This document shows, piece by piece, positions 39,404-51,965 of a stretch of DNA of 64,000 nucleotides; the stretch's first letter is position 1; every line of letters starts with the position of its first letter. Source of the DNA: Eledone cirrhosa (lineage: Eukaryota); assembly GCA_964016885.1 (NCBI GenBank), contig OZ024764.1, positions 4,216,001 through 4,280,000 of the forward strand, in the 5' to 3' direction. The notes beneath the pieces are model-generated. The model worked only from the letters and a program-made list of their open reading frames with translations, searched no databases and was not told where the DNA came from. Both the position numbers and the translations under genes were made by a program.

Positions 39404-42400
39404 GTGTAGGTGTCATCAAGGTAGTAGTAGTAATAGTGGTAGCAGTAGTAGTAGTAGTGTAGGTGCCATGAAGGTAGTAGTAGTAGTGTAGGTGCCATCA
39501 AGGTGGTAGCAGTAGTAGTAGTAGTGTAGGTGGCATCAAGGTGGTAGCAGTAGTAGTAGTAGTGTAGGTGCCATCAAGGTGGTAGCAGTAGTAGTAGTAG
39601 TAGTAGTGTAGGTGACATCAAGGTAGTAGTAGTAATAGTGGTAGCAGTAGTAGTAGTAGTGTAGGTGCCATGAAGGTAGTAGTAGTAGTGTAGGTGCCAT
39701 CAAGGTAGTAGTGGTAGTAGTAGTAGTAGTAGTGTAGGTGACATCAAGGTGGTAGTGGTAGTAGTAGTAGTAGTAGTAGTGTAGGTGACATCAAGGTAGT
39801 AGTGGTAGTAGTAGTAGTGTAGGTGTCATCAAGGTAGTAGTAGTAGTAGTAGTAGTGTAGGTGCCATCAAGGTAGTAGTGGTAGTAGTAGTAGTAGTGTA
39901 GGTGCCATCAAGGTAGTAGTAGTAGCAGTAGTAGTAGTGTAGGTGCCATCAAGGTAGTAGTAGTAGCAGTAGTAGTAGTGTAAGTGCCATCAAGGTAGTA
40001 GTAGTAGTAGTAGTAGTGTAGGTGCCATCAAGGTAGTAGTGGTAGTAGTAGTAGTAGTGTAGGTGCCATCAAGGTGGTAGTAGTAGTAGTAGTAGTGTAG
40101 GTGCCATCAAGGTAGTAGTAGTAGTAGTAGTAGTGTAGGTGACATCAAGGTAGTAGTAGTAGTAGTAGTAGTGTAGGTGCCATCAAGGTAGTAGTAGCAG
40201 TAGTAGTAGTGTAGGTGCCATCAAGGTAGTAGTAGTAGCAGTAGTAGTAGTGTAGGTGCCATCAAGGTAGTAGTAGTAGTAGTAGTAGCAGTAGTGTAGG
40301 TGCCATCAAGGTAGTAGTAGTAGTAGTAGTAGTAGTGTAAGTGCCATCAAGGTAGTAGTAGTAGTAGTAGTAGTGTAGGTGCCATCAAGGTAGTAGTGGT
40401 AGTAGTAGTAGTAGTGTAGGTGCCATCAAGGTGGTAGTAGTAGTAGTAGTAGTGTAGGTGCCATCAAGGTAGTAGTAGTAGTAGTAGTAGTGTAGGTGAC
40501 ATCAAGGTAGTAGTAGTAGTAGTAGTAGTGTAGGTGCCATCAAGGTAGTAGTAGTAGTAGTAGTAGTAGTGTAAGTGCCATCAAGGTAGTAGTAGTAGTA
40601 GTAGTAGTGTAGGTGCCATCAAGGTAGTAGTGGTAGTAGTAGTAGTAGTGTAGGTGCCATCAAGGTGGTAGTAGTAGTAGTAGTAGTGTAGGTGCCATCA
40701 AGGTAGTAGTAGTAGTAGTAGCAGTAGTGTAGGTGCCATCAAGGTAGTAGTAGTAGTAGTAGTAGTGTAGGTGCCATCAAGGTAGTAGTAGTAGTAGTAG
40801 TGTAAGTGCCATCAAGGTAGTAGTAGTAGTAGTAGTAGTGTAGGTGCCATCAAGGTAGTAGTGGTAGTAGTAGTAGTAGTGTAGGTGCCATCAAGGTAGT
40901 AGTGGTAGTAGTAGTAGTGTAGGTGCCATCAAGGTAGTAGTAGTAGTAGCAGTAGTGTAGGTGCCATCAAGGTAGTAGTAGTAGTAGTAGTGTAGGTGCC
41001 ATCAAGGTAGTAGTAGTAGTAGCAGTAGTGTAGGTGCCATCAAGGTAGTAGTAGTAGTAGTAGTAGTGTAGGTGCCATCAAGGTAGTAGTAGTAGTAGTA
41101 GTGTAAGTGCCATCAAGGTAGTAGTAGTAGTAGTAGTAGTGTAGGTGCCATCAAGGTAGTAGTGGTAGTAGTAGTAGTAGTGTAGGTGCCATCAAGGTAG
41201 TAGTAGTAGTAGTAGTAGTGTAGGTGCCATCAAGGTAGTAGTAGTAGTAGTAGTAGTGTAGGTGCCATCAAGGTAGTAGTAGTAGTAGTAGTAGTGTAGG
41301 TGCCATCAAGGTAGTAGTAGTAGTAGTAGTAGTGTAGGTGCCATCAAGGTAGTAGTAGTGTAGGTGCCATCAAGGTAGTAGTAGTAGTAGTAGTAGTGTA
41401 GGTGCCATCAAGGTAGTAGTAGTAGTAGTAGTGTAGGTGCCATCAAGGTAGTAGTAGTAGTAGTAGTAGTGTAGGTGCCATCAAGGTAGTAGTAGTAGTA
41501 GTAGTAGTAGTGTAGGTGCCATCAAGGTAGTAGTAGTAGTAGTAGTAGTGTAGGTGCCATCAAGGTAGTAGTAGTAGTAGTAGTAGTAGTGTAGGTGCCA
41601 TCAAGGTAGTAGTAGTGTAGGTGCCATCAAGGTAGTAGTAGTAGTAGTAGTAGTGTAGGTGCCATCAAGGTAGTAGTAGTAGTAGTAGTGTAGGTGCCAT
41701 CAAGGTAGTAGTAGTAGTAGTAGTAGTGTAGGTGCCATCAAGGTAGTAGTAGTAGTAGTAGTAGTAGTGTAGGTGCCATCAAGGTAGTAGTAGTAGTAGT
41801 AGCAGTAGTGTAGGTGCCATCAAGGTAGTAGTAGTAGTAGCAGTAGTGTAGGTGCCATCAAGGTAGTAGTAGTAGTAGTAGTAGTGTAGGTGCCATCAAG
41901 GTAGTAGTAGTAGTAGTAGTGTAAGTGCCATCAAGGTAGTAGTAGTAGTAGTAGTAGTGTAGGTGCCATCAAGGTAGTAGTGGTAGTAGTAGTAGTAGTG
42001 TAGGTGCCATCAAGGTAGTAGTGGTAGTAGTAGTAGTAGTGTAGGTGCCATCAAGGTAGTAGTAGTAGTAGTAGTAGTGTAGGTGCCATCAAGGTAGTAG
42101 TAGTAGTAGTAGTAGTAGTGTAGGTGCCATCAAGGTAGTAGTAGTAGTAGTAGTAGTGTAGGTGCCATCAAGGTAGTAGTAGTGTAGGTGCCATCAAGGT
42201 AGTAGTAGTAGTAGTAGTGTAGGTGCCATCAAGGTAGTAGTAGTAGTAGTAGTAGTGTAGGTGCCATCAAGGTAGTAGTAGTAGTAGTAGTAGTAGTGTA
42301 GGTGCCATCAAGGTAGTAGTAGTAGTAGTAGTAGTGTAGGTGCCATCAAGGTAGTAGTAGTAGTAGTAGTAGTAGTGTAGGTGCCATCAAGGTAGTAGTA

Positions 42401-45400
42401 GTAGTAGTAGTAGTGTAGGTGCCATCAAGGTAGTAGTAGTGGTAGTAGTAGTAGTGTAGGTGCCATCAAGGTAGTAGTAGTAGTAGTAGTGTAGGTGCCA
42501 TCAAGGTAGTAGTAGTAGTAGTAGTAGTGTAGGTGCCATCAAGGTAGTAGTAGTAGTAGTAGTAGTAGTGTAGGTGCCATCAAGGTAGTAGTAGTAGTAG
42601 TAGTAGTGTAGGTGCCATCAAGGTAGTAGTAGTGGTAGTAGTAGTAGTGTAGGTGCCATCAAGGTAGTAGTAGTAGTAGTAGTGTAGGTGCCATCAAGGT
42701 AGTAGTAGTAGTAGTAGTAGTGTAGGTGCCATCAAGGTAGTAGTAGTAGTAGTAGTGTAGGTGCCATCAAGGTAGTAGTAGTAGTAGTAGTAGTGTAGGT
42801 GCCATCAAGGTAGTAGTAGTAGTAGTAGTAGTGTAGGTGCCATCAAGGTAGTAGTAGTAGTAGTAGTGTAGGTGCCATCAAGGTAGTAGTAGTAGTAGTA
42901 GTAGTGTAGGTGCCATCAAGGTAGTAGTAGTAGTAGTAGTAGTAGTGTAGGTGCCATCAAGGTAGTAGTAGTAGTAGTAGTAGTGTAGGTGCCATCAAGG
43001 TAGTAGTAGTAGTAGTAGTAGTAGTGTAGGTGCCATCAAGGTAGTAGTAGTAGTAGTAGTAGTAGTGTAGGTGCCATCAAGGTAGTAGTAGTAGTAGTAG
43101 TAGTGTAGGTGCCATCAAGGTAGTAGTAGTAGTAGTAGTAGTAGTGTAGGTGCCATCAAGGTAGTAGTAGTAGTAGTAGTGTAGGTGCCATCAAGGTAGT
43201 AGTAGTGGTAGTAGTAGTAGTGTAGGTGCCATCAAGGTAGTAGTAGTAGTAGTAGTAGTGTAGGTGCCATCAAGGTAGTAGTAGTAGTAGTAGTAGTGTA
43301 GGTGCCATCAAGGTAGTAGTAGTAGTAGTAGTAGTGTAGGTGCCATCAAGGTAGTAGTAGTAGTAGTAGTAGTGTAGGTGCCATCAAGGTAGTAGTAGTA
43401 GTAGTAGTGTAGGTGCCATCAAGGTAGTAGTAGTAGTAGTAGTAGTGTAGGTGCCATCAAGGTAGTAGTAGTAGTAGTAGTAGTAGTGTAGGTGCCATCA
43501 AGGTAGTAGTAGTAGTAGTAGTAGTGTAGGTGCCATCAAGGTAGTAGTAGTGGTAGTAGTAGTAGTGTAGGTGCCATCAAGGTAGTAGTAGTAGTAGTAG
43601 TAGTGTAGGTGCCATCAAGGTAGTAGTAGTAGTAGTAGTAGTAGTGTAGGTGCCATCAAGGTAGTAGTAGTAGTAGTAGTAGTGTAGGTGCCATCAAGGT
43701 AGTAGTAGTGGTAGTAGTAGTAGTGTAGGTGCCATCAAGGTAGTAGTAGTAGTAGTAGTAGTGTAGGTGCCATCAAGGTAGTAGTAGTAGTAGTGTAGGT
43801 GCCATCAAGGTAGTAGTAGTAGTAGTAGTAGTAGTGTAGGTGCCATCAAGGTAGTAGTAGTAGTAGTAGTAGTGTAGGTGCCATCAAGGTAGTAGTAGTG
43901 GTAGTAGTAGTAGTGTAGGTGCCATCAAGGTAGTAGTAGTAGTAGTAGTAGTGTAGGTGCCATCAAGGTAGTAGTAGTAGTAGTAGTAGTGTAGGTGCCA
44001 TCAAGGTAGTAGTAGTAGTAGTAGTAGTGTAGGTGCCATCAAGGTAGTAGTAGTAGTAGTAGTAGTGTAGGTGCCATCAAGGTAGTAGTAGTAGTAGTAG
44101 TGTAGGTGCCATCAAGGTAGTAGTAGTAGTAGTAGTAGTGTAGGTGCCATCAAGGTAGTAGTAGTAGTAGTAGTAGTAGTGTAGGTGCCATCAAGGTAGT
44201 AGTAGTAGTAGTAGTAGTGTAGGTGCCATCAAGGTAGTAGTAGTAGTAGTAGTAGTGTAGGTGCCATCAAGGTAGTAGTAGTAGTAGTAGTAGTGTAGGT
44301 GCCATCAAGGTAGTAGTAGTAGTAGTAGTGTAGGTGCCATCAAGGTAGTAGTAGTAGTAGTAGTAGTGTAGGTGCCATCAAGGTAGTAGTAGTAGTAGTA
44401 GTAGTAGTGTAGGTGCCATCAAGGTAGTAGTAGTAGTAGTAGTAGTGTAGGTGCCATCAAGGTAGTAGTAGTAGTAGTAGTAGTGTAGGTGCCATCAAGG
44501 TAGTAGTAGTAGTAGTAGTAGTAGTGTAGGTGCCATCAAGGTAGTAGTAGTAGTAGTAGTAGTGTAGGTGCCATCAAGGTAGTAGTAGTAGTAGTAGTAG
44601 TAGTGTAGGTGCCATCAAGGTAGTAGTAGTAGTAGTAGTAGTGTAGGTGCCATCAAGGTAGTAGTAGTGGTAGTAGTAGTAGTGTAGGTGCCATCAAGGT
44701 AGTAGTAGTAGTAGTAGTGTAGGTGCCATCAAGGTAGTAGTAGTAGTAGTAGTAGTAGTGTAGGTGCCATCAAGGTAGTAGTAGTAGTAGTAGTAGTGTA
44801 GGTGCCATCAAGGTAGTAGTAGTAGTAGTAGTAGTAGTGTAGGTGCCATCAAGGTAGTAGTGGTAGTAGTAGTAGTGTAGGTGCCATCAAGGTAGTAGTA
44901 GTAGTGTAGGTGCCATCAAGGTAGTAGTAGTAGTAGTAGTAGTGTAGGTGCCATCAAGGTAGTAGTAGTAGTAGTAGTAGTGTAGGTGCCATCAAGGTAG
45001 TAGTAGTAGTAGTAGTAGTGTAGGTGCCATCAAGGTAGTAGTAGTAGTAGTAGTGTAGGTGCCATCAAGGTAGTAGTAGTAGTAGTAGTAGTGTAGGTGC
45101 CATCAAGGTAGTAGTAGTAGTAGTAGCAGTAGTGTAGGTGCCATCAAGGTAGTAGTGGTAGTAGTAGTAGTAGTAGTGTAGGTGCCATCAAGGTAGTAGT
45201 AGTAGTAGTAGTAGTGTAGGTGCCATCAAGGTAGTAGTAGTAGTAGTAGCAGTAGTGTAGGTGCCATCAAGGTAGTAGTAGTAGTAGTAGTAGTGTAGGT
45301 GCCATCAAGGTAGTAGTGGTAGTAGTAGTAGTAGTAGTGTAGGTGCCATCAAGGTAGTAGTAGTAGTAGTAGTAGTGTAGGTGCCATCAAGGTAGTAGTA

Positions 45401-47886
45401 GTAGTAGTAGCAGTAGTGTAGGTGCCATCAAGGTAGTAGTAGTAGTAGCAGTAGTGTAGGTGCCATCAAGGTAGTAGTGGTAGTAGTAGTAGTAGTAGTG
45501 TAGGTGCCATCAAGGTAGTAGTAGTAGTAGTAGTAGTAGTAGTGTAGGTGCCATCAAGGTAGTAGTGGTAGTAGTAGTAGTAGTAGTGTAGGTGCCATCA
45601 AGGTAGTAGTAGTAGTAGTAGTAGTGTAGGTGCCATCAAGGTAGTAGTAGTAGTAGTAGCAGTAGTGTAGGTGCCATCAAGGTAGTAGTAGTAGTAGTAG
45701 TGTAGGTGCCATCAAGGTAGTAGTAGTAGTAGTAGTAGTGTAGGGTGCCATCAAGGTAGTAGTAGTAGTAGTAGTAGTGTAGGTGCCATCAAGGTAGTAG
45801 TAGTAGTAGTAGTAGTAGTGTAGGTGCCATCAAGGTAGTAGTAGTAGTAGTGTAGGTGCCATCAAGGTAGTAGTAGTAGTAGTAGTAGTGTAGGTGCCAT
45901 CAAGGTAGTACTAGTAGTAGTAGTAGTAGTGTAGGTGCCATCAAGGTAGTAGTAGTAGTAGTAGTAGTGTAGGTGCCATCAAGGTAGTAGTAGTAGTAGT
46001 AGTAGTGTAGGTGCCATCAAGGTAGTAGTGGTAGTAGTAGCAGTAGTGTAGGTGCCATCAAGGTAGTAGTAGTAGTAGTAGTGTAGGTGCCATCAAGGTA
46101 GTAGTAGCAGTAGTAGTAGTGTAGGTGCCATCAAGGTAGTAGTAGTAGTAGTGTAGGTGCCATCAAGGTAGTAGTAGTAGTGTAGGTGCCATCAAGGTAG
46201 TAGTAGTAGTAGTAGCAGTAGTGTAGGTGCCTTCAAGGTAGTAGTGGTAGTAGTAGTAGTGTAGGTGCCATCAAGGTAGTAGTAGTAGTAGTAGCAGTAG
46301 TGTAGGTGCCATCAAGGTAGTAGTAGTAGTAGTAGTAGTGTAGGTGCCATCATGGTAGTAGTAGTAGTAGTAGTAGTGTAGGGTGCCATCAAGGTAGTAG
46401 TAGTAGTAGTAGTAGTGTAGGTGCCATCAAGGTAGTAGTAGTAGTAGTAGTAGTAGTGTAGGTGCCATCAAGGTAGTAGTAGTAGTAGTAGTAGTGTAGG
46501 TGCCATCATGGTAGTAGTAGTAGTAGTAGTAGTGTAGGGTGCCATCAAGGTAGTAGTAGTAGTAGTAGTAGTGTAGGTGCCATCAAGGTAGTAGTAGTAG
46601 TAGTAGTAGTAGTGTAGGTGCCATCAAGGTAGTAGTAGTAGTAGTAGTAGTGTAGGTGCCATCAAGGTAGTAGTAGTAGTAGTAGTAGTAGTGTAGGTGC
46701 CATCAAGGTAGTAGTAGTAGTAGTAGCAGTAGTGTAGGTGACATCAAGGTAGTAGTGGTAGTAGTGTAGGTGCCATCAAGGTAGTAGTAGTACTAGTAGC
46801 AGTAGTGTAGGTGCCATCAAGGTAGTAGTAGTAGTAGCAGTAGTGTAGGTGCCATCAAGGTAGTAGTAGTAGTAGTGTAGGTGCCATCAAGGTAGTAGTA
46901 GTACTAGTAGCAGTAGTGTAGGTGCCATCAAGGTAGTAGTAGTAGTAGTAGTAGTGTAGGTGCCATCAAGGTAGTAGTAGTAGTAGTAGCAGTAGTGTAG
47001 GTGCCTTCAAGGTAGTAGTGGTAGTAGTAGCAGTAGTGTAGGTGCCATCAAGGTAGTAGGGGTAGTAGCAGTAGTAGTAGTGTAGGTGCCATCAAGGTAG
47101 TAGTAGTAGTAGTAGTAGTGTAGGTGCCTTCAAGGTAGTAGTGGTAGTAGTAGTAGTAGTGTAGGTGCCATCAAGGTAGTAGTAGTAGTAGTAGCAGTAG
47201 TGTAGGTGCCTTCAAGGTAGTAGTGGTAGTAGTAGCAGTAGTGTAGGTGCCATCAAGGTAGTAGTAGTAGTAGTAGTAGTAGTGTAGGTGCCATCAAGGT
47301 AGTAGTGGTAGTAGTAGCAGTAGTGTAGGTGCCATCAAGGTAGTAGTAGTAGTAGTAGTAGTAGTGTAGGTGCCATCAAGGTAGTAGTAGTAGTAGTAGT
47401 ATAGGTGCCATCAAGGTAGTAGTAGTAGTAGCAGTAGTAGTGTAGGTGCCATCAAGGTAGTAGTAGTAGTAGCAGTAGTGTAGGTGCCATCAAGGTAGTA
47501 GTAGTAGTAGTAGTAGTAGTGTAGGTGCCATCAAGGTAGTAGTAGTAGTAGCAGTAGTGTAGGTGCCATCAAGGTAGTAGTAGTAGTAGCAGTAGTGTAG
47601 GTGCCATCAAGGTAGTAGTAGTAGTAGTAGTAGTGTAGGTGCCATCAAGGTAGTAGTGGTAGTAGTAGTAGTAGTGTAGGTGCCATCAAGGTAGTAGTAG
47701 TAGTAGTAGTAGTGTAGGTGCCATCAAGGTAGTAGTAGTAGTAGTAGTAGTAGTGTAGGTGCCATCAAGGTAGTAGTAGTAGTAGTAGTAGTAGTGTAGG
47801 TGCCATCAAGGTAGTAGTAGTAGTAGTAGTAGTGTAGGTGCCATCAAGGTGGTAGTAGTAGTAGCAGTAGTGTAGTTGCCATCAAG

Positions 47887-47931
<45 letters not shown>

Positions 47932-50576
47932 TAGGTGCCATCAAGGTAGTAGTAGTAGTAGTAGTAGTAGTGTAGGTGCCATCAAGGTAGTAGTAGTAGT
48001 AGTAGTAGTAGTGTAGGTGCCATCAAGGTAGTAGTAGTAGTAGTAGTAGTGTAGGTGCCATCAAGGTAGTAGTAGTAGTAGTAGCAGTAGTGTAGGTGCC
48101 ATCAAGGTAGTAGTAGTAGTAGTAGTAGTGTAGGTGCCATCAAGGTAGTAGTGGTAGTAGTAGTAGTGTAGGTGCCATCAAGGTAGTAGTGGTAGTAGTA
48201 GTAGTAGTAGTGTAGGTGCCATCAAGGTAGTAGTAGTAGTAGCAGTAGTGTAGGTGCCATCAAGGTAGTAGTAGTAGTAGTAGTAGTGTAGGTGCCATCA
48301 AGGTAGTAGTAGTAGTAGTAGTAGTGTAGGTGCCATCAAGGTAGTAGTGGTAGTAGTAGTAGCAGTAGTGTAGGTGCCATCAAGGTAGTAGTAGTAGTAG
48401 TAGTAGTGTAGGTGCCATCAAGGTAGTAGTAGTAGTAGTAGTAGTGTAGGTGCCATCAAGGTAGTAGTAGTAGTAGTAGCAGTAGTGTAGGTGCCATCAA
48501 GGTAGTAGTAGTAGTAGTAGTAGTGTAGGTGCCATCAAGGTAGTAGTAGTAGTAGTAGCAGCAGTAGTGTAGGTGCCATCAAGGTAGTAGTAGTAGTAGC
48601 AGTAGTGTAGGTGCCATCAAGGTAGTAGTAGTAGTAGTAGTAGTGTAGGTGACATCAAGGTAGTAGTAGTAGTAGTAGCAGCAGTAGTGTAGGTGCCATC
48701 AAGGTAGTAGTAGTAGTAGCAGTAGTGTAGGTGCCATCAAGGTAGTAGTAGTAGTAGTAGCAGTAGTGTAGGTGCCATCAAGGTAGTAGTAGTAGTAGTA
48801 GTAGTGTAGGTGCCATCAAGGTAGTAGTAGTAGTAGTAGCAGCAGTAGTGTAGGTGCCATCAAGGTAGTAGTAGTAGTAGCAGTAGTGTAGGTGCCATCA
48901 AGGTAGTAGTAGTAGTAGTAGCAGTAGTGTAGGTGCCATCAAGGTAGTAGTAGTAGTAGTAGTAGTGTAGGTGCCATCAAGGTAGTAGTAGTAGTAGTAG
49001 CAGTAGTGTAGGTGCCATCAAGGTAGTAGTAGTAGTAGCAGTAGTGTAGGTGCCATCAAGGTAGTAGTAGTAGTAGTAGTAGTGTAGGTGACATCAAGGT
49101 AGTAGTAGTAGTAGTAGCAGCAGTAGTGTAGGTGCCATCAAGGTAGTAGTAGTAGTAGCAGTAGTGTAGGTGCCATCAAGGTAGTAGTAGTAGTAGTAGC
49201 AGTAGTGTAGGTGCCATCAAGGTAGTAGTAGTAGTAGTAGTAGCAGTAGTGTAGGTGCCATCAAGGTAGTAGTAGTAGTAGTAGTAGCAGTAGTGTAGGT
49301 GCCATCAAGGTAGTAGTAGTAGTAGTAGCAGTAGTGTAGGTGCCATCAAGGTAGTAGTAGTAGTAGTAGTAGTAGTGTAGGTGCCATCAAGGAAGTAGTA
49401 GTAGTAGTGTAGGTGCCATCAAGGTAGTAGTAGTAGTAGTAGCAGCAGTAGTGTAGGTGCCATCAAGGTGGTAGTAGTAGTAGTAGTAGTAGTGTAGGTG
49501 CCATCAAGGAAGTAGTAGTAGTAGTGTAGGTGCCATCAAGGTAGTAGTAGTAGTAGTAGTAGTAGTGTAGGTGCCATCAAGGAAGTAGTAGTAGTAGTGT
49601 AGGTGCCATCAAGGTAGTAGTAGTAGTAGTAGTAGTAGTGTAGGTGCCATCAAGGTAGTAGTAGTAGTAGTAGTAGCAGTAGTGTAGGTGCCATCAAGGA
49701 AGTAGTAGTAGTAGTAGTAGTAGTAGTGTAGGTGCCATCAAGGTAGTAGTAGTAGTAGTAGTAGCAGTAGTGTAGGTGCCATCAAGGTAGTAGTAGTAGT
49801 AGCAGTAGTGTAGGTGCCATCAAGGTAGTAGTAGTAGTAGTAGTAGCAGCAGTAGTGTAGGTGCCATCAAGGTAGTAGTAGTAGTAGTGTAGGTGCCATC
49901 AAGGTAGTAGTAGTAGCAGTAGTAGTAGTGTAGGTGCCATCAAGGTGGTAGTAGTAGTAGTAGCAGTAGTGTAGGTGCCATCAAGGTAGTAGTAGTAGTA
50001 GTAGTAGTGTAGGTGCCATCAAGGTAGTAGTAGTAGTAGTAGTAGTGTAGGTGCCATCAAGGTGGTAGTAGTAGTAGTAGTAGTGTAGGTGCCATCAAGG
50101 TGGTAGTAGTAGTAGTAGTAGTGTAGGTGCCATCAAGGTGGTAGTAGTAGTAGTAGTAGTGTAGGTGACATCAAGGTAGTAGTAGTAGCAGTAGTAGTAG
50201 TGTAGGTGCCATCAAGGTAGTAGTAGTAGTAGTAGTAGTGTAGGTGCCATCAAGGTAGTAGTAGTAGTAGCAGTAGTGTAGGTGCCATCAAGGTAGTAGT
50301 AGTAGTAGCAGTAGTAGTGTAGGTGCCATCAAGGTAGTAGTAGTAGTAGTAGTAGTAGTGTAGGTGCCATCAAGGTGGTAGTAGTGGTAGTAGTAGTAGT
50401 GTAGGTGCCATCAAGGTAGTAGTAGTAGTAGTAGTAGTGTAGGTGCCATCAAGGTAGTAGTAGTAGTAGTAGTAGTAGTGTAGGTGCCATCAAGGTAGTA
50501 GTAGTAGTAGTAGTAGTAGTGTAGGTGCCATCAAGGTAGTAGTAGTAGTAGTAGTAGTAGTGTAGGTGCCATCAAG

Positions 50577-50621
<45 letters not shown>

Positions 50622-51921
50622 TAGGTGCCATCAAGGTAGTAGTAGTAGTAGTAGTAGTAGTGTAGGTGCCATCAAGGTAGTAGTAGTAGTAGTAGTAGTA
50701 GTGTAGGTGCCATCAAGGTAGTAGTAGTAGTAGTAGTAGTAGTGTAGGTGCCATCAAGGTAGTAGTAGTAGTAGTAGTAGTAGTGTAGGTGCCATCAAGG
50801 TAGTAGTAGTAGTAGTAGTAGTAGTGTAGGTGCCATCAAGGTGGTAGTAGTAGTAGTAGTAGTAGTGTAGGTGCCATCAAGGTAGTAGTAGTAGTAGTAG
50901 TAGTGTAGGTGCCATCAAGGTAGTAGTAGTAGTAGTAGTAGTAGTGTAGGTGCCATCAAGGTAGTAGTAGTAGTAGTAGTAGTGTAGGTGCCATCAAGGT
51001 AGTAGTAGTAGTAGTAGTGTAGGTGCCATCAAGGTAGTAGTAGTAGTAGTGTAGGTGCCATCAAGGTAGTAGTAGTAGTAGTGTAGGTGCCATCAAGGTG
51101 GTAGTAGTAGTAGTAGTAGCAGTAGTGTAGGTGCCATCAAGGTAGTAGTAGTAGTAGTGTAGGTGCCATCAAGGTAGTAGTAGTAGTAGTAGCAGTAGTG
51201 TAGGTGCCATCAAGGTAGTAGTAGTAGTAGCAGTAGTGTAGGTGCCATCAAGGTAGTAGTAGTAGTAGCAGTAGTGTAGGTGCCATCAAGGTAGTAGTAG
51301 TAGTAGTAGCAGTAGTGTAGGTGCCATCAAGGTAGTAGTAGTAGTAGCAGTAGTGTAGGTGCCATCAAGGTAGTAGTAGTAGTAGTAGCAGTAGTGTAGG
51401 TGCCATCAAGGTAGTAGTAGTAGTAGTAGTAGTGTAGGTGCCATCAAGGTAGTAGTAGTAGTAGTGTAGGTGCCATCAAGGTAGTAGTAGTAGTAGTAGT
51501 AGTAGTGTAGGTGCCATCAAGGTGGTAGTAGTAGTAGTAGTAGCAGTAGTGTAGGTGCCATCAAGGTAGTAGTAGTAGTAGTAGCAGTAGTGTAGGTGCC
51601 ATCAAGGTAGTAGTAGTAGTAGTAGTAGCAGTAGTGTAGGTGCCATCAAGGTAGTAGTAGTAGTAGTAGTAGTAGTGTAGGTGCCATCAAGGTGTAGTAG
51701 TAGTAGTAGCAGTAGTGTAGGTGCCATCAAGGTGGTAGTAGTAGTAGTAGTAGTGTAGGTGCCATCAAGGTAGTAGTAGTAGTAGTAGTAGTAGTGTAGG
51801 TGCCATCAAGGTGGTAGTAGTAGTAGCAGTAGTGTAGGTGCCATCAAGGTAGTAGTAGTAGTAGTAGTAGTGTAGGTGCCATCAAGGTGGTAGTAGTAGT
51901 AGCAGTAGTGTAGTTGCCATC

Positions 51922-51965
<44 letters not shown>
